DNA of 64,000 bases, from contig NC_043012.1 of assembly GCF_006345805.1 (NCBI RefSeq), positions 31,062,001-31,126,000 of the forward strand. The letters are read 5' to 3'. The position numbers and the translations under genes were made by a program. The notes below the pieces were generated by a model that ran no database searches, was not told the DNA's origin, and was given only the letters and a program-made list of their open reading frames with translations. Positions 41,871-54,416 of this stretch are shown here, one piece after another. Source of the DNA: Octopus sinensis. Its lineage: Eukaryota. Within the stretch, counting starts at the first letter, position 1. Each line of letters starts with the position of its first letter.

Positions 41871-43312
41871 TACCAAAGATTTTTAGCTTATTTCCACCTT
41901 AAAATGTCTTATAATCCGTGAACTTTATCTGACTACTTTATCGTAGTTATTCGGTGTAAAAAGTACTTCATATCCAGAAACCAACTAGAGTGATAACTAA
42001 GTTAAATATTTAAAGCGAGGAGAAAATGTTAAAATACTATATAAGCCTGAGGGAATAACTAGTTTTAGCTATTACTTATGAATATCATAACTCTATAAGC
42101 CAAACACATAAACACACACGGACACTCGTAACATTACAATGAAATTGATGGCTTATAATTTAATATTCTTTACGACGCATTTACGTTAAGTAACGACACT
42201 TCAGTTATTTTACTTGAGGAATATTTTGGGGAGTTCTTTTTAAAATGATTTCTTTAAAGTTTCCTTACCAACGACTTCCCAATATCGCAATGTCTCAAAA
42301 AAAAAAAAAGAAAAAGGAAAAAAAGACGGATTTAATACAGTGTATTTTAAATGTTTTATAAGAAATAAATACATAAAAATGGAATTAATTCGAATTTCTA
42401 AGTCAGCCACCTTGCTCATCCAGTTATATTAAACTAGTTTTTTTTTACTTTAATGTGCAGCAAGTTTGGTTGAAGATCGTATTTAGTGAAAATAGCATTT
42501 TAAAATCGAAACGGCATTTTTGAACGTATATAGACTCTGATGTGTGTCAGTATGGGCGTTTCTTTTGATTTTTCTTCTACACAATTAAATATAATCACAA
42601 AATATATCATCTGAAAGTTATGAGAAGACTAAGTCGACTTTTGTGAATTATCCGAAAGTCCTCTGCCATACCTCCCAGAAGAAAAATTTTCTCAACAAAT
42701 TTTGATATAATTGGAACCTACACTATCTGAAAGGTATTTGCAGACAATTTCATTAAAAATGTTTGTGTGTGTGTGTGTGTGTGTGCGTGTGTGTCTGTGT
42801 GTTTGTACTACTGATATGCGGAAAAAAGAGGGAGAAAGTCTCCTGGCTTTCTATTCCACGTTTTCATGACCGCTTCTCAGGGAAAATGTACCTAATCTAT
42901 GCTATCAAATGGGGAAAGGAGTCCGGGCACGTCTTCTATGAGAATTGATAAGCCAAACATAAAACGGTCTGCCAGGAGACTTCTTTCTTCTTTTGTTCTG
43001 TTCCTCATTGGATTAGAAAGTGTGCGTTTACGTTCTTATTTTACTCACAGTGAGGTTTTATAATATTGAAACTTCAGTTCGGATTCACAGTGATGTGCAT
43101 GCGCATGCGCACACACTCATACTCGCTCAGACACAAACACTCTCATTCACATGCTATCTATGTTTCAACAAAAAATGTTTTATGGGAAATGAATAAATAA
43201 GTAACAACAGAAACACCCAAGTCTCAATGTGAAACTCCTTTAAGCGAACTCAACCGCCCATCGACGCACACACACATACACACACACACGCACACGCACA
43301 CACACACACATC

Positions 43313-43450
43313 CTTTATGATGAAGAGCTATGCTCGAAAAGTTAAAAACTCTCCTTTCCCCGAGCGTCAAGGTAACATACTCCTTCTGTACGTCCCCACG
43401 CTCGTTGTTTTTCTTTTCTTCGTTTTTTATCCGTTTATTTGAATTATTTG
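43313..43450 (+). mobile_element. Penelope-like terminal repeat fragment, decayed hammerhead
   Basis: ttt-ATGATGA-a-GAGC-tat-GCTC-GAAA-ag-TT-aaa. Confidence 0.5.
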
Positions 43451-44282
43451 TCTATTTGAATAGACTATATATATATATATATAGATTCAGATGAATATGG
43501 TACTTAAGTTAAAGGCACCAGAGTTTTGTATGGTATTATCAATATAAATCAAATGGGGTGATTATAATCAAAATGAGCAACAAAGATATCCAAGGTAGAG
43601 TAGTATAATTGTTTCATGCTACTTCATTTTATTAAACACTGTAAGTATTACATCAGTTTTAAAATGTCGAGCAATCTTCAGCCACATATAGAATTTTTCA
43701 ATTAAACGGACAATGTACATTCTTATACTTATTTCATTTGCCAATATTACAAAGAGGGTAAATATATAGACAGACAGAGAGGTAAACGAATCGCCGTAAA
43801 CATTGTAGAAATTCGGCAAAGAAATGAATTTTCGGGATGTAGCCTGGAGGGTTTTTTCGTATTAATCGTTTGGACTTTGTGAACATATACCAATTGTTTT
43901 CATAACATTTTTAACGCTTTGAATTAAATGTGACCATTTTGTGTTGAGTCTACAGTTTGAATCACTTTAGCCAAATTTTAGCAAGCCGGATTCTTGATCA
44001 TCACGATACATCGCCGGCGATTGCCTGAAACTCTCCCCTGAAACCCCCGCTGAGAAATACTGATCTAAAAGAATAATTCAATAATGCAATTATTTGATCA
44101 ACAAAAATTTATGAAACGCTCCTATGTACTTCCTATTGAGGAAATGGAACACATAAGCGCAAAAATAGAGGGCATTAAATGCTTGATTTTAAAACCAAAA
44201 TAATTGAATTTTGATTGAACTTCATCCAAGTTTAGCTTAATTCGTGTGTGCATAGAACGCACGAGCCGGGCAATACTGCTAG

Positions 44283-44314
<32 letters not shown>

Positions 44315-44467
44315 TAACTTTTCCTACCCGACATGCAGTTCGAAAAAGCCCGCCATTTACCGAATATATGATTTATAAACATCTCCATGTGCTTCGCCGG
44401 AGAGAGCAGATGTCTGTTCGACTTCGCCAGGTAATGTTGGTCGTTTATTTATGATGTGTTCAGAATC

Positions 44468-44534
44468 AGTTCTACTGATGAGCATAGACGCATTTTTTAT
44501 GCGGTAAGTGTGAAATCACAGGTGATATAGAACT
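44468..44534 (+). ncRNA. Type I hammerhead ribozyme, intact catalytic core
   Basis: Stem I AGTTCTA/TAGAACT (7 bp), CTGATGA, stem II GCAT/GTGT with inner CGCAT-TTTTT-ATGCG, GAAA, stem III TCAC-ag-GTGA, AUA triplet ending at 44527. Confidence 0.78.
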
Positions 44535-45528
44535 AAATTCATTTTTTAAATGTCTTGCTTTGAAAAACTGCATTAGGTATGATTAGTGAAATTTTGGTAG
44601 TAATGACTTATGTCCCTCTTAGTGTGAGGCATTTATGTGTAATAATGCCCTCTATACAATATATATATATATATATATTTATATATGTATACCTAGACAT
44701 ATACGTATATATATATAAATTATTTTCAGGTTCCAATACAATCGAGGTAATTTAGTGTCAACGGCATCATGGTAGAGTCGAAGATAGCATACCTTTGTAT
44801 TAACAGGGTGTACGGATACTCACGTACTTACTAAAGCATGTATGGATTTGTCCTTCAAGTAACGCATACAGCCACAAGTGCAGACCAGATACACCGGAGG
44901 GATACATAAAATCACACAAGGGTATACTCAGGCATGTAGTCCCTGGAGCCTATATACATACATACATACATACGTACATACATACATACATACATACATA
45001 CATACATACATACATACATACATACACAGACACACATACATACATACACATAATGATATATTAATGTATATGTAGTTTTGATGTTTAAAATTCTAGATTA
45101 GCATTTGCAAAAGCTGAAATATTCAATTAATATATTTCCTTCAGATCTTTAATTATATACCGAATTAATAATGTTTTAAATAAACTACAGGATGTTGGAG
45201 AGTGCGTGTTGCAGTCAGTTTGTGTGACACTTTGTATATGTGCGTGCGTGTGTGTGTATGTGTGTGTGTGTGTGTGTGTGCGTGCGTGTGTGTGTTTGTG
45301 TGTGTATACATGCACATACATGCATATAAATATGTTGTTATTATGTATATATATCTTTATACACGAATATACATATATGTATGTATATGCATATATATAT
45401 GTACACATGTATAAATATATATATATATATATGTATATGTATATGTATATATATATATGCGCGTGTGTGTGTGTGTGTGTGTGTGTGTGCATATACATTA
45501 TATACACACGTAGACATATATGATATAC

Positions 45529-45565
<37 letters not shown>

Positions 45566-45828
45566 TTATGTATATGTATATCATACACGGGCACGTGCGC
45601 ACACACACAGCCTCATACCTTCGTTTGAAGCGAGCAACTCAACCACTCCACGTAGTTTCTCAATAAGTAATGATAAAACTGAATGATCGAATGTAATAAA
45701 CGTACTCTGAGTGCCAACCGGGTGCACCCTCAGCTTCGAACGGTTACAAAATGCCTGCCTATATATCGATCATTTGTTTTCCGTTTGTGCATGTGGGTAG
45801 AAATACATTCACACATGTATACATCGAT

Positions 45829-45859
<31 letters not shown>

Positions 45860-46070
45860 CACTCACACGTACGCATATACTGATACTCACACACACACAC
45901 AGTATGCATTCGTATATATGCGGAAATAATTGATGGTTTCGTTGACTCACATTCTCATACGCATGCGCAAATATATTCTCGATCTTTTGAATAGATTCAA
46001 CTCAAATGAACATATACGTTTATATATTTGTTTTGCAAGATTTTTTATGTGAAATCGTGTGTTGAAACAG

Positions 46071-46477
46071 ATATTGTTGTATTTAGGAATGGTCATTTTG
46101 CCAGTTTAGCCAATAAAAACGCACGCACTAAAACAAATTAAACAGGAGATACAAATATTACAGGCACTTCCCCCCACACACTAACTAAACATAGACACAC
46201 ATAGAGATATACGCATGCGCAAATTAAGACATATACAATAGGAATACAAAGTACAAAATGGCTGACAGTTAGTAAGGAGAGAGACACACAAATAAGAAAG
46301 AAGAAAACAAAGGACCACTGATGCGGTCACAGAAGTGTGACGAAAGAACTCTGGCCGAAATAAGATTAAGATTAATGTAAAAAATAAATAACGCTGAAGC
46401 AAAGTAACACCAAATATATAGTGCGTGTGTTTTTATTGGCTAAACTAGCAAAATTACCATTCCTAAATACAACAATA
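46071..46477. mobile_element. Element with ~59-bp terminal inverted repeats (46071-46130 / 46419-46477)
   Basis: TATTGTTGTATTTAGGAATGGT..TTTTGC.AGTTTAGCCAATAAAAAC.CACGCACTA and its reverse complement. Confidence 0.8.
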
Positions 46478-46569
46478 AAGAACATATAACTATGAAGAAA
46501 CATTATAAAGTATAGTACCACGACCATGTTGCCTGAGAAGTGCCAATATCTTTTATCATACAGTATATA

Positions 46570-47465
46570 TTGGGTTGGCAAGAAAGTAATTTTGTTTTTT
46601 TTTAGTGTGAAATAAATGTCTTTTTTTTCATACAAAGAATGAACTTTAATCAATTACATATTTTCCATTTTGTTCGATGACCTTTTGCCATCTTTCTGGC
46701 AATTTCCTGATTCTGTGTTCATAGAACTTCTGGTTCTTATCAGTCAAAAACTGAAGCAATTTCAGGTCATCATCATTATTGAAAATTTTACCATTCAAAG
46801 AATTTTACAAACTTCGAAATAAATGGTACTCTGATGGTGCAAGGTCAGGGTTATATGGTGGATGTGGCTTTCACTCCCCAACATAGCTACAATAATTTTT
46901 CACGAGTTAGCAAAGACGTGTGTAGTCTATCGTTGTCATAGTGGAACACGATTTGCCAATTTTGGCCGTTTTTCTTTGATTGCTTCCTTAGTTTCATTAG
47001 TTGTTGACAGTAAACATCTGAATTGATCGTTTGGTTCTTTGGAAGCATCCCAAAATACACAACACTTTTGTAATCCCACTAAATTGACAGCATAACATTT
47101 TTTGATGCAATTCAGCTTTCGATGTGGTTTGTGCTGGTTCATTATGCTTGGATCATGATCATTTTCGATTGATGCTATTGTAGACAATCCATTTTTCATC
47201 ACCAGCGGTGATTCCTTAAAAAAAAGATTGATTTCATTGCGTTTGAAATACACATAGAAAATATTGATTCGTTGTGTTAAGTGAATCTCTTTCAGTTTAT
47301 GTGGAACCCAAATATTGAGCTTCTTAATGAGTCCAAGGCATCTTAAGTGATTTTCAATTGTTGTGCGTGATACACTTAACCTCTCTGAAATCTCTCGCAC
47401 AATTATATGACAATCAGGTTCAATTATGGTTTTGATTCGGTCATCATTAACTTCGGTGTACTGGC
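46570..47465 (-). mobile_element. Mariner (DD34D) transposon relic, 5' truncated
   Basis: WVPHKL, GDEKWIVY, PHPPYNPDLAPSEYHLF motifs across frameshifts; TA followed by TIR TTGGGTTGGCAA at 46570. Confidence 0.92.
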
Positions 47466-48829
47466 TCCTCTCTCTATTGCTCCTGTAATGGTCTCTGTTT
47501 CTCGGAGCTGACTGGTCCCGTACCTCCTCCAATCAAACATTTCCAAGTCATTCCTCTCTCCATCTCTCATCATCCTTATTGTGTCTGGTTCCGCAGTAAG
47601 CATTATGCTCTTTAACTTCCTCGAACATCAGGCTTCTGGAATCATCTCCCTTATCATGTCTTACCTTATTAAGAAATGAAATTTCAAATTTTACATCTGT
47701 AAAAGTTTTGAAATATTTTCTCACAACTTAATATTAATTTTTCGAAAGCGACCAAAACAATCCCATATTTTTAATAAGTATTTAATAGAGAAATGCGTAT
47801 CTGATGCTTATATTTTCATATCATAACACAAAATATATCAAACTTTTTAATTCCTGTCAAGTATCAACTTCGATGCATACATCTCATTAATACGCGAACG
47901 TATCTCAGAACATAGTCTTCTGGAAACTTCTCCCCAGTCAATTCTTTCTTGCAGATGTTGACGTGCACCAGTTTAAACAGAACCATCAATAACAACAAAT
48001 TCATCAGACTCGGAGCTTGCAGAGGTCATGGGCACTGTCCCATTCTCTAGACCGAGAAAGTGAAGAAAACAGAATTAAGAAAGAAAAACACACAAACAAA
48101 GCAAGACAAAAACCAACGCTCTATCCCCAAGGAAGCATGGTATTTGTGCAAATAAGTGCGGAAATATATATAAAAAAGAAAAACATACGTATTCGAAAGA
48201 AATAATTTTTCATCGATGCCCAGAAGTTTTGATTTATTGCTTTATATGAATAATGTGAGTGCAAAGACAAACAAGAGAAAAATAGAAAAGTACTTTATGT
48301 TTTATATAACGACTTTATTTCAGAGTTAACCACAGTCTGCCATTGGTTACTTGATCATTGTTGTACTTAAACTTATACTCACTTGTATTTCAATTCCATC
48401 TCTATGCAGATTAGCAACTTTCACTCCAACCCACAGAGGACGCATATAGTTTATATTGAATGAAACAAATACTTGTACTAAACTACTGTAAATTCTTCTC
48501 AATTACCTGGACTTTCAAGGATAGATTTCTTTTATTGTCCATTAATTACATTTTCCTCCGCATTATTCTGCATATTAAAACACAATGCTTTCATAACAAT
48601 TTTATTAGATATTTTATTACTCCCAAATCAATTAGTTTTTAAGCCCCTTGATATAAAACTTAATTTATTAAGTTACTTAATATCGCAGTGTCCCAAATTA
48701 AAAGTCATTGGATTCTTTCCACCATTTAACCCAAATATCTATCTATCTTATTATTTGTCTATCTATCTGATTATCTATCGACCTGCCTATCTACCTGTCT
48801 GTTTGATTATCTAGCTTGTGTGTATATAT

Positions 48830-48999
48830 AATAGTATTTTATAAGCTTAAAGCGATCACTGCGCAACGACTAAAGAAAGTAGTCTAATAATGGGACATAT
48901 AAGCCCTCGACGGAAGAAGTAGGATTTACGTACGCGTAGGAGTCGAACCCCCACTTCTGTTTACGTGACCGAGTGTGCTATCGATTACACTAGTGAACC
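48830..48999 (-). mobile_element. tRNA(Asp)-like headed short repeat or tRNA pseudogene
   Basis: Minus strand TAGTGTAATCGATAGCAC (A box / D arm), GTCAC, GGTTCGACTCC (B box); anticodon and acceptor stems do not pair. Confidence 0.5.
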
Positions 49000-49140
49000 T
49001 ACCTGTTTTTCCTGTCAGATTTAAGAACTATAATTAGTTCGTAGTTGCTTTCGTAAACAGACTATCATGTGCTTTTTTTTAATGCGGATGGTTTTGTTAA
49101 GCAGTGTCGATTTTTACAATTCTGTAAATAATAATAATCA

Positions 49141-49361
49141 CTATATCTATAAACGGCAAAATATCTGTGTATCTGTGTGTCTGTGTGTCCTTTATCCCAC
49201 AGTTTTTCACGTAAAAGACTCGCATTTTCTTTGGGCTTTCAAAACTGTCTGAGGGTGGTCGTGAAGATCTTTTCATTTCCCCAGTCACCCCAGAAAGCCA
49301 TTAAAAAAAATCGATAACCCGCTTAGCACTATGGCCCAGCAACGCCGGATCATAGTGCTAG
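49141..49361 (+). mobile_element. Short non-autonomous Helitron
   Basis: 5' CTATATCTATAAACGGC; 3' CCCAGCAACGCCGGA hairpin then CTAG-T. Confidence 0.7.
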
Positions 49362-49639
49362 TAGTATTTCATAAGCTTAAAGCTCATAGCGATCGTTGCT
49401 ATCTATATGTGCGCGCGCGCGTGTGTATACATGCACGCATATATATGCAGCGTATGTATCTGATGAGGTGGGTTTGTCCTATGCAGCCACAAAAACTTTA
49501 AGTCATATGGAGAAGAATCAAACTGTATTTAAAAAAAAAAAAAATACATGTGATCCTACCAAATTTTTGAGTACCACTTTCTTTCCTTTGTTCTCTCACT
49601 CGCATGTGTGTGTGTGTGTGTGTGTGTGCATGTATATAT

Positions 49640-49998
49640 ACACTCTTTTACATGTTTCAGTCATTTCACTGCAACCATGTTGGAGCACCACCTTAAAGGG
49701 TTTTAGTCGAAGAAATCGACCCCAGGACTTAGTATTTGTAAGCTTAGTACTTATTCTATCGTCTTTTTGCCGAACCGCTAAGTTACGGGACGTAAATACA
49801 CGAACATCAGTTGTCAAGCGATGGTGGGGGGACAAACACAGACACAAAGACACACACACACACATATGTACACATACGACGCACTCCTTCAGTTTCCGTC
49901 TACCAAATTCACTCAAGGATTTGGTTGGTCCGAGACTATAGTAGAAGACACCTGCCCAAGGTGCCACGCAGTGGGATTGAACGTAGAACCATGTGGTC
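49640..49998 (-). mobile_element. SINE family C
   Basis: Near full-length copy. Confidence 0.88.
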
Positions 49999-50002
49999 TG
50001 CG

Positions 50003-50185
50003 ACATCAATATTAGCAACGGGGAAGCAGTTGCCAGCAACCGTAGAGATTGGCGACGCACCAGAGAAGAGGGAACACAAAAGAGGGAGAGAGTAGGAATG
50101 GAAAAACAAGAAAAGATGTCAACAAGAAACTATGACATTACAATCAGCCAGGCAAAGTCTTCGCTACATTTGCGGCACCTGCAAT
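50003..50185 (+). pseudogene. RTE-like LINE ORF2 C-terminal fragment
   Basis: DINISNGEAVASNRRDWRRT..EG and RYICGTC resemble RTE/BovB C-termini. Confidence 0.55.
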
Positions 50186-50548
50186 TCCAATGAAGGAGCC
50201 TTGGATCTAGGTTAGAAACCGGCTCTTTCTCTATTGGCTAGGAATCTTGAAATAAAACTGAATAATGACATACATAGATTTTTTCCCTTCTGTATTTTCG
50301 TGATTATTTTGCACTCTTTAATCATATAAACCATCATAGGATAGGACTACACAGCCACAGCAGGAGATGTATTAGGACATGGAATGTAAAAGCCAGACCA
50401 GATTATTTTATGCGCAACTCCATTGTCTTCCGAGACAAAATGGATGCCAACAACAACAACAACAACAGCACACACACACACACACACACCACACACACAC
50501 ACACACACACATATATAAACGGCAAAATGTTGCCGGGTCATAGTGCTA

Positions 50549-50616
<68 letters not shown>

Positions 50617-52046
50617 TGGAACACACATACACAATGTATGTTCTTTGCTTGTTCACTGGTCGGCTGCAATTCGTTATAGTCATGGACAGGTGACACAACT
50701 CACCCCAAGTCCCATTCAGGAGCGATGGACATCGATGTTTCGCCATTTTTATGGCTTATCAAAATCGCGTACTGAACCAAACCGGAGACAAATTGAATAG
50801 CTTGTCCATGACTATCTGCTGATAAGCCCCTCCCCGTATAATTATAATATAGGATGTCCCACTTGATTCTACATAGAAACGTATGAGACGAAATATGCTG
50901 GTTTGGTTTCTTTAACATATAGTCCATTTAAAATTTGGATGTTTTTGATCTATGTATAGAACACAATGAATTTTTATCCGACCATTATATAGTATATTCT
51001 TCCTTCAACTTTCGTATTTACTACTTTTCTATATACACATCTATCCATCCATCCATCCATCCATCCATACGTACGTACGTACATACATACATGCATACAT
51101 TAAACAAAACATAACCTGTTGATGTTGAAATTCCAATGAAGGAGCCTTGGATCTAGGTTAGAAACCGGCTCTTTCTCTATTGGCTAGAAATCTTGAAATA
51201 AAACTGAATAATGACATACATAGATTTTTTCCCTTCTGTATTTTCGTGATTATTTTGCACTCTTTAATCATATAAACCATCATTTGGTATGAATAAAAAC
51301 GATTAATTGAATTCAGACAATTTCATTTTACATTTTCACGTATTTACCATCACAAACATCATTTTTCAAACGATATAAAACAATAATTTAAATATACAGT
51401 TGTGTCGTATATTTAGTTAAACATTTGCTAATCATACGTATTGAAGTTTCAAATTAATATACCAACTGTTCACGCAATTACTTTCCCTATTTCCATATCT
51501 TATTAAGATATGAAATATCAAATTTTACAGTGATAATTTTTTTGAAATGTTTTCTATCAATTTAATATCAATATTTCTAAAGCGGCCACAACAATTCCTT
51601 ATTTTTAATAACTCTATTTAATAGATAAATACACCTCTGATGTTTATATGTTCTAGCCATCATATCTAAAATATATCACTCTTTATCTCATGTCAAATAT
51701 CAACTTCTACATAAACATCTCCCTATTATGGTGATTTAATTCAAAAGTTTTAACGTTTTGACCAGTAGAAATACAAAATTGATAGTGAAAATTCAACAGA
51801 TTTGATACAAATGGAGACGGAAAAAAAAAGGAACTGCATTAGAATTCAACTTATGGAAAATTCAGTGGGAGAAGGTGGCGCTGTGTGTATATGGTTTGCG
51901 TGGTCGATTCCGATTGTAGTGTTTGAAGATTTCAACTTTAGTACAAAACAATGACAATTTAAGGCAAGCACGGATTTCATTGGCTTTTGTTCCTTTAGGT
52001 ATCACTATCAGAGTCAATTGACAATATGATCGCTATTCCTACTAAT

Positions 52047-52223
52047 GGGTTCAAGTTACGTTCTGAGTTCAAATTCCATCGAGGTCGACTTTGCCTTTAA
52101 TCCTTTCGGGGTCGATAAATTAAGTACCAGCTACGCACTGGGGTCGATGTAATCGACATAATCCATTTGTCTGTCCTTGTTCGTTCCCTCTGTGTTTAGC
52201 CCCTTGTGGGTAGTAAAGAAATA
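52047..52223 (+). mobile_element. 5'-truncated SINE B with 13-bp TSD
   Basis: TATTCCTACTAAT at 52034-52046 and 52224-52236. Confidence 0.88.
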
Positions 52224-52406
52224 TATTCCTACTAATTGCAATCCATTGTTACGCGAGTCTTGTAATCTCCTTTCAGGGTTCTCTCGTGAGCCATGCGTAT
52301 TTTTCTGAGACGATCATCTAATGTCTCTTCAGATCTCGTACGGTTCCTGAATTCTTAGCAATATGCAACAGGTGCAACATTTGTGTCCAAGTCGAATAGA
52401 ATTTTA

Positions 52407-52845
52407 GAATCTTTTCGGTTTGACCGGCAGTTTTTTTTAGCGGTGTCATATGAAATTGTCACCCATAATTATGACCCTAGTATCGATCTATTGCATTTCA
52501 ATCTGTTTTAGGGTTAAGGTTAGAGTTAGGGTTAGTTAGGGTTAGGGTTAGGGGTGGGGTGGGGGAAGGGTATCTTTTTTTCTTCAGAAATATAAATAAA
52601 CCCAATCTGTTTCTTAAACGAGGGACATATTCAATGGGCACAGAATGTTTTCCCCTCAATAGACGTCATTGATTGGTTGAAATTGCAGAAATTGAAGAAA
52701 AAACAACAACACATATCTTACAAACTATAGAATTTTCTCAATAAAAAGATGTTTTATAAACACATTCTACCAGTATACGAAGTTTAAAAGTGTTTAGTTA
52801 CGTGAAAATTATTAAAAAAAATTGCCGGTCAAACCGAAAAGATCC
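52407..52845 (-). mobile_element. Second complete copy of the telomere-repeat MITE
   Basis: Reverse complement of 2581-3005; TIRs intact; TSD GAATTTTA / GAATTTTG; (TTAGGG)-like run 52508-52553. Confidence 0.9.
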
Positions 52846-54141
52846 GAATTTTGAAAGCAGAATGTGCTGTACGGTCCCAGAAAGATGGGTGGAGACAATA
52901 CCCAAAGAAATGGCTGTTATCTTTATGTTGGCGGACTTTGGCAAGCAATAGATTAGTCAGAAATGTTTTTCCATTTCCGTCATTAACATCATGGAAATAG
53001 ATTCTAGCTTATTATTGCCGGTCCTTATTAAAAGTAGCGGAATTTATCGTTTTTTGGTCTGGAGTGAGTTTCCGTTGTGTTCATTGCCATTGACAAATGT
53101 TACTGACATATGATGCTTCTTTCTGTTATTAAGTTATTGATTATTGACTTCTGTGTAGTTAGATTGAGGGAAGTCATATTTTTGAAGTTCTTTGCTATTT
53201 ATATCCTTAAGCTTTGTCGATGACATTTGCATTGTTGATTCTATCTATAGACTCTATTTTCATGCTGGGGTACTTCTGTTGAGCTTGATGTTTGAAATCT
53301 TTGGCAAGGCCGTCACGATACTTGAACTAAAGATGAAACGTATTGATTAGATCATAGACTCTTGGTTGTTTGAGACACAGAAGCTCTTGGTTATGTTACC
53401 GGGCATCTTTTTCCTGTCATGCAAGTTTCTATGTAGGTGGGGAAAACTTTGGCTTAGACTATTCGAAGATCTTGACATGAGTTTGAGCCTCTGACTTTAT
53501 GGAGTTGTCGTAGAAAGACGTCTTCATGTTGAATAGCATTGTACACTGTATTCTCTTCCAATGGCATCGCCACGACTTAAATGGGATTGGCCTTCAATAA
53601 GGGTATCTCGTTTTCTTTGTCTCTAATGTTTGTTGTTCCATGTATAGTAAATAGAAGCTGAAGATACTGAATGATTTTGCAAACGGATCACTCTGGCATA
53701 GCTTGGGAAAGGTTGTAAACGTTGTGAGCCTTAGATTTCATGTTTGTTGTGTGGTAGCTGATTGATTTAGTAAACTCACTGGCCATTGCTAAACGAACAG
53801 CAAATTATTGGACGCAGGGATGTCTTTATCAAGCGAAAAGTCAAAAAGGCAAGAGAAACCGTCAATGATCCTGATTAATTTTCCTTGCTGGAATTCGGAA
53901 ATTTCAATGCGGCTGTTTTGTTTCACCAGGGCGAACATTACAGAGTCTGTTTCCCTGATGAAACATTTGCTGACATTTGCTGACTTTATTGTAGAACTTA
54001 ATTGATGTACGAATTAAATGACTTGGTCATCTGTCAATAAATTCAAAATATACACGCAAGGTTTGAGAAATTTTATCCTTTGTTTCGTTTTTAGATTTGG
54101 TTTGTAAGATTCTTTATATGAGTTCGTGTGTTGAAGGATAT

Positions 54142-54416
54142 TCTGTTGTGTCTGGGGAGAGCCATTCTCTTTTAGTACCTTATTATTTAACACACTCACC
54201 GGTAAAATTTCTACTTTTTTCTTATTTTTATTTTCCTAAAATTTTTGTTGCGTCTTGCAACCTTTTCAACAGTCTTGAGTCAAAACTGTTGAAAAGGTTG
54301 CAAGACGCAACGAAAATTTTAAGAAAATTAAAATAAGAAAAAAGTGGAAATTTTACCGGTGAGTGTGTTAAATAATAAGGTACTAAAAGAGAATGACTCT
54401 CCCCAGACACAACAGA
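54142..54416. mobile_element. ~275-bp fold-back (palindromic) element
   Basis: Arms of ~130 bp are near-perfect reverse complements; half copies at 12723-12855 and 58120-58240. Confidence 0.92.

Larger units (their letters stand above)
51925..54010 (-). pseudogene. Autonomous Helitron Rep-helicase (PIF1-like) relic, split by a MITE and a SINE
   Basis: In correct order on the minus strand: MFALVKQ..EISEFQQG; LANGQ*VY; TTFTTFPKLCQSDPFAK; GDAIGREYSV; FLRQLHKVRG; GNGKTFLTNLLLAKVRQ (Walker A); RTAHSAFK; MAHERTL; VIPKGTKANEIRACLK. Confidence 0.85.

Noticed and set aside
43045-43092. CACAGTG heptamers as RAG/Transib recombination signals
   Set aside because: No ACAAAAACC-like nonamer at 12 or 23 bp spacing, and no inverted pairing or TSD.
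46936-47532. 198-aa ORF as an intact transposase or SETMAR-like gene
   Set aside because: Chimeric: the N-terminus comes from unrelated sequence above ~47465, and the frame shifts before the DEKW motif.
48930-48999. Functional tRNA gene
   Set aside because: Cloverleaf stems do not pair; only the Pol III boxes remain. The SINE heads at 5745 and 32200 are likewise not tRNA genes.
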